Of a stretch of DNA of 64,000 nucleotides, positions 54,530 to 64,000 are shown piece after piece. How positions within the stretch are numbered: position 1 is the stretch's first letter; each line of letters opens with the position of its first letter. Below the pieces are notes generated by a model. The model did no database searches and was not told the origin of the DNA. It saw only the letters and a program-made list of their open reading frames with translations. The stretch comes from Octopus vulgaris. Taxonomy: Eukaryota. Location: the NCBI GenBank assembly GCA_951406725.2, contig OX597837.1, forward strand, positions 4,464,001 through 4,528,000. The letters run 5' to 3'. The position numbers and the translations under genes were made by a program.

Positions 54530-54731
54530 TATTTTATTTGTTTCAGCCGTTTGACTAGGGCCATACTGGAGCACCGCATTCAGTCGAACAAATTGACTCT
54601 AGGACTTATTCTTTGTAAACCTATTAGCTATTCAATCGGTCTGTTTTGCAGAACCCCTAAGTTATGGGGACGTAAACACACCAACATCGGTTGTCAAGCG
54701 ATGGTGGGGGACAAACAGACACACAAATATA

Positions 54732-54775
<44 letters not shown>

Positions 54776-54947
54776 TTATATATATTCATATACGACAGGC
54801 TTCTTTCAGTAACCGTATACACTCACAAGGCTTTGGTCTATCCATGGCTATAGCAGAAAACATTCGACCAAGGTACTACGCAGCGTGACTGAACCCGGAA
54901 CCATGTGGTTGCGAAGCATGCCTCTTGTCAGACAATCCAAGCCTGTG

Positions 54948-54950
<3 letters not shown>
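54530..54950 (-). mobile_element. Older diverged SINE family A copy
   Basis: Collinear degenerate match to family A. Confidence 0.8.
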
Positions 54951-55033
<83 letters not shown>

Positions 55034-55334
55034 TAGATAGATAGGTACCCAGATAAATACGATACGCTGGAATTTATGCGTATTGGTATGATGCCCGTGT
55101 ATGTATGCGTATGTGTGTGCGTGTGCGTGTGTTAATTATCATTCCCATTCATTAGATTTGCGAAAACATGTTAATTGCACTTAGTTGATAAATGGTTCCG
55201 CTTGACCCCTGTTGCACCAATATTCCGTCGGTTTAATTATTTCCCTACATTAAACTTCAGCCTTTTCTTCAGCTTGTCAGCCTATCCCATTACCAAATGC
55301 CATATCTTGGCATAGAAACATATTAGGGAGTATA

Positions 55335-55398
<64 letters not shown>

Positions 55399-55560
55399 TT
55401 GAGTAGTTGAATGAATTATCTTATTAAGGATAATTCGAATTAACCGATACCTGGGTAGCAAATTCACATCAGAAAAAACACGGTTGAAGTTACGTGCCTA
55501 GGGCATAGATTACGTGCTTTCGTGTGAAATTTGTATGTTTATTTTAAAAATATAAATATA

Positions 55561-55697
55561 TGAAAGAATGGAGCTGAACGACGAATTAACAATATTCCTT
55601 TATTTTCGACATATGTTTCGAAGGAATATGCAGCCTTCGAAACATATGTCGAAAATAAAGGAATATTGTTAATTCGTCGTTCAGCTGCATTCTTTCA
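55561..55697. mobile_element. Near-perfect 64-bp-arm palindrome with a 3' hammerhead half on each strand
   Basis: CCTTC GAA ACATATGT C GAAAATAAA reads outward on both strands. Confidence 0.75.
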
Positions 55698-55701
55698 AAT
55701 A

Positions 55702-55754
<53 letters not shown>

Positions 55755-55756
55755 GT

Positions 55757-56140
55757 AAAAAACACAAACTGGGACAAGAACGCAAAACATTTAGAAGACG
55801 ATACAAAAACACGGACGGGACATTCGAAGCCTTCAATTTTCAGTCAAGAACCGGATCATCCTTGCAATTTCGGCTGATTAATCTTGAGATTGCTCCGACC
55901 TGGCCAGCCCCAAAGGAAAATCTAAGCGAAGCGCATTAGATTCCTTGGAAGAAAGCCTCGAATGTATACAAAACAAGGACGGGAACGAATAAGAATACAA
56001 AAATACGTAAAAATAATAATGATAACACGAATAAGAATACGAAAATACGTAAAAACAATAATGATAATAATAATAATAACAAAAACAGGACGTCACAGAC
56101 AGGCGTCTTTTCGACAGGACGGGTGAACTTGAGCTGGCGC
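55757..56140 (-). mobile_element. Diverged inverted copy of the 58120-59023 element's 3' part
   Basis: Shared CGGCTGATTAATCTTGAGATTGCTCCGA and GAAAGCCTCGAATGTATACA. Confidence 0.8.
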
Positions 56141-56144
56141 ATTG

Positions 56145-56190
<46 letters not shown>

Positions 56191-56821
56191 AGATCGTGTA
56201 TTTGTCACCGTTTTATAATGTATGTTTACGACATGTGAACGTTTGACCCTGTCTACGTCTGGCATCGAAAAATGACGTCTTGTGTGAAACGTACATTTGT
56301 ATGACTATCCATATATGTAAGTATATACGTATACACATACATATCACATACATATGCATTTATGTAAGTTAAAATAAAACCATATGTTAATACAGCATAT
56401 GATTAGTGTGAATAAATAAATAAATAGATAGATAGATAAATAAATACACAAGTAATTGAATGTACATTCTTTCCAATTACCCATGCAGTAGTTATAAAAC
56501 AAAGATTAAATTAAACAACAAAAAATAAAATAAAATAAAATAAAATAACTTACGAAACATCACGCTGATATTAATCGGTGAATTTTCTTTTCAGTCCATT
56601 ATGCTTATAAAAATGATTACACAGACATCCATTACGATGAATTCCCATTAAAATAATATCAGTAATATCTGCTCGTCACTTATTAAACTGTTTTAAATAT
56701 TTTATTTAGAATTTTGCATCCGTTGAATTACGTTGAGTAGAAGTTAACTGCTAATGTAATGCGCTCATTTTTGTTTATTATTCCCCACATAGTTAGTCAA
56801 CCATTAAGGAGCCAGACAGAA

Positions 56822-56831
56822 ATTATTATTG

Positions 56832-56877
<46 letters not shown>

Positions 56878-56889
56878 GATGATGATGAA

Positions 56890-56967
<78 letters not shown>

Positions 56968-56988
56968 GATTATGATTATGATTATGAA

Positions 56989-57049
<61 letters not shown>

Positions 57050-57117
57050 ATTATTATTATTATGATTATAAATATTCTTCTTCTTATTATTATTATTGTT
57101 ATGATTATGATTATGAA

Positions 57118-57170
<53 letters not shown>

Positions 57171-57200
57171 TTACTATTCTTATTACTATTATTTTTATTA

Positions 57201-57293
<93 letters not shown>

Positions 57294-57300
57294 TATTATT

Positions 57301-57333
<33 letters not shown>
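56822..57333. repeat. Long compound (ATT)n/(ATG)n microsatellite switching to (AAT)n at its end
   Basis: Direct reading. Confidence 0.95.
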
Positions 57334-57334
<1 letters not shown>

Positions 57335-57811
57335 GTTTTCTAAATTACACATTATGAAATTATCTTAACTGGCCAACGCAATATGAACTCTCAATGGGCC
57401 GTGGCTTTTAATCGCCGACAGCTACCCAAATGAGAGTTTGATATTAAATACCCATGCATAACAACACACGCGTGCGCTCCCGTGATCGCATGACCTCATG
57501 CACGTATATACGCATGCACATGTGTATATGCATACACATACATACATGAATACACTTAGATACTAAATGAACAAAAGTCAGTGAAGCCCTTGGAGCTCCG
57601 AAACGTCACCGAAAAGGAATTTCAACCGTGTTTCGTGGTCTGCTACCACAACAGCTCCTTTATAAGATCCAGTTAGTTCAAGACATCATCGGGAGGAACC
57701 ACGTCCGGTTTCGGCCCCTGCTCCTCTACCGTTTTGACGTGGCGGGTCCCACCCTGTCGCTGCATAGTTGAACATGCACTTCGGTGTGTATATATGTATA
57801 TGAGTATATCC

Positions 57812-57848
<37 letters not shown>

Positions 57849-57943
57849 ATCCAAACAGGAAAACACAAAAAAAAAACAACAACGTGAGGACGTGGAACAA
57901 ATAAAGTATTATTGGACGCTCAGGAAAGAAGGGAAGAAGGAGG

Positions 57944-57978
57944 GTTTAACGTTTCAAGCGGAGCTCTTCGTCGGAAAC
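57944..57978 (-). ncRNA. Compact hammerhead variant (CCGACGA core) in a ~200-bp TA-bordered element
   Basis: Minus: GTTT CCGACGA A GAGC TCC GCTT GAA ACGT T AAAC. Confidence 0.6.
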
Positions 57979-58043
57979 ATAGGAGAAGGAAAGTTCCCGA
58001 ACAGGGAAGACAGAGGAAAAAATCGCCAGCGGTACTCACGAGG

Positions 58044-58119
<76 letters not shown>

Positions 58120-58122
<3 letters not shown>

Positions 58123-59015
58123 CCGAAATTGCGAAGATGATCTGGTTCTTGACTGATGACTGAGGGCTTCGAATGTCCCGTCCTGTGGTTCTTGTGTCGT
58201 CTCTTTGGTGTTTCATGTTCTTGTCCATGTCTGTATTTACTTTTTACTGTTTACATATATAATCGGCGGCTACGTATCCACAATTGTCCTTATACGATAA
58301 GTATATTTTTTCTCTAGCATTGATACGACTCTTGATCTGTCTCTTTCTCTCTCTCTCTCTCTCCTCCCTTATTCCCCTTCCTTTCTTTCCCTCTCCATCC
58401 GTCCCCCCCTTCTACGTTTCTCTATCTCTCTCACCTCCAGTCCCCTCGATCTGTCTCTTTCTTCTCCTCCCTCGTCCAACTTCTCTCTCTCTTCATCTGT
58501 CCCTTTCTCCTGTCTTTTGTTCTCACGTGACCGCTAGCCACTGCTGAGCGCCCTTTTCGTTCCAGCAGTCGTCGAAGCAACACGTATTTGTTCGTCTCCC
58601 TGTGGCCATTAGGCACTACTTCATAAGCCAGCCTCAACTCAACTCGTCCTGTCGAAAGACCCTTGTCCTACGTCCTGGTTTTGTCTTGTTTTTTATCTTT
58701 ACCGTTATTGTTTTTACGTTTTTGTATTCTTATTGGTGTCACGTATTCTGTATTTTTGTTCGTGTACTCTGTTCGTTTTCCGTCCTCGTGTTGTATACAT
58801 TCGAAGCTTTCTTCCAAGGGATCTAATGCGCTTGGCTTAGATTTTCCTTTGGGGGGCTGCCCAGATCGGAGCAATCTCAAGATTAATCAGCCGAAATTGC
58901 GAAGATGATCTGGTTCTTGACTGATGACTGAGGGCTTCGAATGTCCCGTCCTGTGGTTCTTGTGTCGTCTCTTTGGTGTTTCATGTTCTTGTCCATGTCT
59001 GTATTTATTTTTTAC

Positions 59016-59023
<8 letters not shown>
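58120..59023 (+). mobile_element. ~900-bp non-coding element with ~137-bp terminal direct repeats, between (TA)n tracts
   Basis: 58120-58256 nearly equals 58888-59023. Confidence 0.8.
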
Positions 59024-59102
<79 letters not shown>

Positions 59103-59104
<2 letters not shown>

Positions 59105-59433
59105 CAATTGCAGCGTGGAAGGTGTATGTAAGCCATTTAAGAAACACACAAAAGCCGTTCGATTCACTTCAACATTTAAGTTTAATTTGTCAAAATATTT
59201 TCGTCGCTTTAAGACCGCAACCTGCTCACTGACAAAAATCCGTGCTGAACAGATCGCGGTCTTAAAGCGACGAAAATATTTTGACAAACTAAACTTAAAT
59301 GTTGAAGTGAATCGAACGGCTTTTGTATGTTTCTTAAATGGCTTACAAACACCTTCCATGCTGCAATTGTTTTCGTTTCATCACACGATCTCAGATCAAA
59401 TCACTTGCTATGCAAGTACATCTCCGTAATAAT
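59103..59433. mobile_element. Fold-back element family F1, copy 2
   Basis: Arms ~59104-59237 and ~59244-59370; the unique flank matches 3243-3310 reversed. Confidence 0.85.
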
Positions 59434-59553
59434 ATATATATATATATTTATATATATATATATATATTTATATATAAAAATATATATAAATATATATATA
59501 AATATATACACATATATATATATATATTTACATATATATATATATATACACAG

Positions 59554-59585
<32 letters not shown>

Positions 59586-59700
59586 TTATATATATATATA
59601 TCCATATATGTATATACATAGATATGTAAAAATGTATGTATCTATGTATATGCGTTTATGTGTGTATGTGCGTGTATGTGAGAGAGAGAGAGAGAGAGAG

Positions 59701-59734
<34 letters not shown>

Positions 59735-60087
59735 CACGTGCGCACAGTTCCAGAGGACAATATTAATATAATTGCTATTTTCCTATTACTATATACTCAC
59801 ATCAAAGTAAAACCATTCCCGGAATATTCCTCTATAATTAAACTAAATCTCAAATTCAGTGGTAAATTGAAAACCTTTGAGCTTTGCATGAACTCTTTTC
59901 AGTAATTTCTATTACTGCCATACCTTGGCCTACCTATTTGTCTATTTTCTAAACGAGACATTCTTACTCCCACGGAACGCAGAGATGCATTATAAACACA
60001 GCGAGCGCACTCGCACTCACATTTCATATACCTGTATTTATTAGCATATTTGTGTGTTTGTGTGTGTGTATATATATATATATATGC

Positions 60088-60135
<48 letters not shown>

Positions 60136-60157
60136 GCACATATATATATGCATATGT

Positions 60158-60449
60158 GGAGGCGCAATGGCCCAGTGGTTAGGGTAGCGGACTCGCGGTT
60201 TCGATTCCCAGACCGGGCGCTCTGTGTGTTTATTGAGCGAAAATACCTAAAAGATCCACGACACTCTGGCAGGGGGTAGCGATCCCCGCTGTGCTCTTTC
60301 GCCACAACTTTCTCTCACTCTTCCCTCTGTTGGCCTGCTCGCTTAGCTAGCGGGGTGGCGTCATTTGAAGGCTAAAACAATGCGAAGCGCATTGTGACCA
60401 GCGATGTGTAGCAGCATCTTATAGCCTGGACGGTCACGTGATCACGTGA
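60158..60449 (+). mobile_element. SINE family C with deletion in the head
   Basis: Match to the 49305 copy. Confidence 0.88.
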
Positions 60450-60465
60450 TATATATGTATATATG

Positions 60466-60516
<51 letters not shown>

Positions 60517-60519
60517 GTA

Positions 60520-60565
<46 letters not shown>

Positions 60566-60614
60566 TATATCATCCCTAAATGATTCCGCCTTCATTTCCA
60601 CCCCACTCTCCACA

Positions 60615-60805
60615 GTCGCCATGATAGATCGGTAGCCACTACACACATTATTTTCTCTCCTTGTTTTTTTCTGTGTCCCTTTCTGTAGAAGAGCGGAGGC
60701 TCGAAACGTAAAAGACTTTTTTCAATTCCTGAGCGTTATACTAATACATCTGTTTGTTTTGTACACCACCTGTCTTCGTCTTTTGTTTTTTCGTGAACCC
60801 TCCCT
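60615..60805 (+). mobile_element. Element family H copy
   Basis: CTTT CTGTAGA A GAGC GGAG GCTC GAA ACGT A AAAG at 60679-60714. Confidence 0.82.
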
Positions 60806-60974
60806 ATATATATATATATAGATTCAGATGAATATGGTACTTAAGTTGAGGCACCAGAATTTAGTACGGTATTTTCCATACAATTTCAAAATAAGGTGAT
60901 AAAAATCAAAATAAGCAACAAGGATAACCAGAGGTAATGCAGTACGATCGTTTCATGCAACTCCATTTAATTGA

Positions 60975-62200
60975 ACGTCTTTCTTGGTTTTCAACGAGAT
61001 TAAGCATCCAGTCGGTAGATGTTTTGCCAGTCCAATTCTGGTGGATTTGTAGAATTCAAATTGGATCAAGCCTTGACCTCCTAGACATTTGGGTAGGTAA
61101 AAACGATCTGCCTCTGTCTTTGGGTGGTGCAACTTATTTTAAGTCAGCAGCTTACAGATGTTCCTGTCAATCTTCCTTATTTCTCTCATATTCCAGTTCA
61201 ATACATTGAAACTGTAAATAACAACCGGAAATGCTACGGAATTTATAGCTAACACTCTGTTACTTGCATTTATCACGGATTTCAGGATCGCTCGAACCCC
61301 CCTTCCTGCTCTTCTCTTTCATGTTTGCATGCTGAATGCCAGAGCCCTCATTTATTCCGAGGTATTTGTAAGTGTGTTCCTGCTCGAGTTCTTTTTGACT
61401 GTGTCAACATCGAACACCACTGAATGAGAGTTCTTCGTTTTCCCTTCCTGGATTGTGGCCTTGACACATTTACCAAAAGCAAATTCCATCCCGATGTCAT
61501 CTCTGAATGTTTTCGCAGTACATAATAGTCTTTCAAGCTCAGTATCGTCTTTGCCATAGAATTTTAAGTCATCCATATAAAATAGATTACTTATTTTCCT
61601 GTCGCCAATTTTATATCCATACCCTGTTCTATTAAGTTCCATTGTATGGTGTATGAGGGGTATACAAAAAATTAAACGCAAGAGTGAGCCAACTTCGAAA
61701 ATGCTGCAGTTGACGTTAATATTTTTTGTGGTCAGTACTCCATTTGAATGGTATAATTGTAGATTCGTATTCCACATTAACTTGTGCCTCAGGAAATTTG
61801 AAATCACAGGAGAAATTTTGAAGATATCCAGCGAGTTCAAGATCCATGAATACAGTATGCTGTCGAAGGCCATTTTATAATCAATCCATGCAGAACTGAG
61901 ATTTCTGCGTTTCTTATGACTGTTCTCAAGGATCATGCGATTGATTAAGAGTTTGGTCTTTGCATCAATAGGAGCCTCGTCGGCACTCTTTTTGTTCAAT
62001 GGGGAAAATATTGTTCTGTTTCATAAACCTGTGTGTTTTCTCCACGAGGATTGATGGTAAAATTTTATACGTGGTAGATAGATATGCTATGGGCCGATAG
62101 ATTTGCGGAAATTTGGTTTCATTATTCTTTGGGAGTAGGTAAGTAATACATCTTGCCAACTTATCAGGTGTTTTCATATGATCTTTCATAATTTCATAAT
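60975..62200 (-). pseudogene. R4/Dong-type non-LTR reverse transcriptase pseudogene
   Basis: TYLLPK...YRPIAYL...AWIDYKMAFDS...SNLFYMDDLK...DIGMEFAFGKC...YKYLGI...HHPKTEADRFYLPKCLGGQGL, with frameshifts and stops. Confidence 0.9.
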
Positions 62201-62349
62201 TTTGGTTGTCAATAGTTGCGGTGTTTGCTAGGGTACTCTACCGTTACGTTAATACTCTGGTGGATAGAGCTAGCTATCTGCTGGATGCTCTCCATGATGC
62301 TAACTTCAAGTTCATATACATTCTCTTGCAGGGACGCATTTGCCATTTT

Positions 62350-62585
62350 GCTGCTATCATTTACATAACGGAAGTATGTGGTTAGGGTTATGGAGCTCTC
62401 CGCTAATCGTTCTTTGAAGTTCCTATCCCACTATGTCATAAATGGGTTTGCCACATCCCCAGCGACCCCGACGCTGATGAATGAATCTTCTTCTTGTGTG
62501 TATATCTTGTTATTAAACTTGAGCATTTAACCCTTCAATGTGACTTTAGTACTTGCAGCTACCACATGTGCATCCATTTTTCTCG
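62350..62585 (-). pseudogene. Penelope-like element reverse transcriptase relic (not in the ORF track)
   Basis: One frame: RKMDAHVVAASTKVTLKG*MLKFNNKIYTQEEDSFISVGVAGDVANPFMT*WDRNFKERLAESSITLTTYFRYVND. Matches the PLE RT pattern FnGkxYxQxxG...AnlFM...YxRYVDD. Confidence 0.7.
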
Positions 62586-62919
62586 CCTGGTCCTAGATAT
62601 TTGACCATCCATGTCATTTGGACATATTTTCTATGGTTGTCGGAAGAGATTCGGTTACTTTTTAATTCTATAAACTGATATAGTAGAAGCTCTCAGAAAC
62701 TCATGTTTTACAAATAAGTAAATACGCCACCATATAAAGAAATTTAATACCTACTTCATGTAGCTTGGGGAACTTTCTCACAAGTTTATACAAAGGAAAT
62801 CTTACGAATTATAAAACTTATTTTGTCGGAAAGCATAAGTGAGATAGCACTTTCGTCAAGAAACAGAAGCGACATATACATACACACACATACATACTCA
62901 CAAACACATACACACACAC

Positions 62920-62968
<49 letters not shown>

Positions 62969-62990
62969 AATATACATATATATATGTATA

Positions 62991-63113
<123 letters not shown>

Positions 63114-63422
63114 ACATATATATACATACATATGCGTTCATACTAAGTACTTGTGACATGTTATATCAGTACTTGTAATTTAGCTGACAATGTTATATTA
63201 TAGCTCGACAAGACACCTTCTAAGTTTGTTTCCATCTCTGTTGCATTACTTCAGCATGCTGTTTCTGTCAACGAGAAGGAGTGGCATACCTCGATGACAT
63301 CCACACACCCCACTCTCACATAACATAGACAATACACATAACATGCAGGAATAATGTACGTAACTCACAGATAGTATTCATAACATCATATAATATACGT
63401 AATGCAATTTACTTAATACACT

Positions 63423-63580
63423 GGCGTGGCTGTGAGGTAAGAAGCTTGCTTCCGAAACACATAGTTTTGGGTTCAGTACCACTGCGTGGCATCTTGGACG
63501 TGCGTTTTCTGCTAAAGCCTTCGGCCAACCAAAACCTTATAATTAAAAAAGGTAGACGGAAATTGAACGAAGCCTATCGT

Positions 63581-63624
<44 letters not shown>

Positions 63625-63777
63625 TGGCTGTGTGGTAAGTAGCTTACTAACCAACCAATTGGTTCCGGGTTCAGTCCCACTGCGTGGCATCTTGGGCAAG
63701 TGACTTCCGCTATAGCCCCGGGCCGACCAATGCCTTGTGAGTGGATTTGGTAGACGGAAACTGAAAGAAGCCTGTCG

Positions 63778-63837
<60 letters not shown>

Positions 63838-64000
63838 TCCCCCTAGCATTACTTGACAACAGATGCTGGTGTGTTTACGTCCCCGTCACTTAGCGGTCGG
63901 CAAAGATACCGATAGACTAAGTAAGGGCTTACAAAGAATAAATCCCGGTGTCGATTTGCTCGACTAAAGGCGGTGCTCCAGCATGGCCGCAGTCAAATGA
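63423..64000 (+). mobile_element. Degenerate family A head followed by a family A copy (63625 on) running off the window
   Basis: Match to family A. Confidence 0.9.

Noticed and set aside
56759-57343. 194-aa poly-Ile membrane protein ORF
   Set aside because: Pure (ATT)n microsatellite.

Overview
Very AT-rich, repeat-saturated animal DNA. The SINE repertoire and (TA)n/(CA)n/(TATC)n density suggest a coleoid cephalopod, probably Octopus; this is inference, not a database result. No intact host protein-coding gene is supportable, and almost all listed ORFs are translated microsatellites. The window holds three tRNA-head SINE families (about 30 copies or fragments) and decayed RTE, R4/Dong and Penelope-like (PLE) retroelements. 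It also has mariner, maT (DD37D) and Chapaev3-like transposase relics and non-autonomous Helitrons. One RTE 3'UTR has expanded into a ~3 kb satellite with a 794-bp higher-order repeat. The most striking signal is about 17 complete, variant or half minimal type-I hammerhead-ribozyme (HHR) motifs of the PLE/dimeric kind, nearly all with a palindromic stem III that differs between families. Many lie inside fold-back elements bordered by (TA)n, and a PLE reverse-transcriptase relic is in the same window. All motif calls were made by eye, and element ends are approximate.
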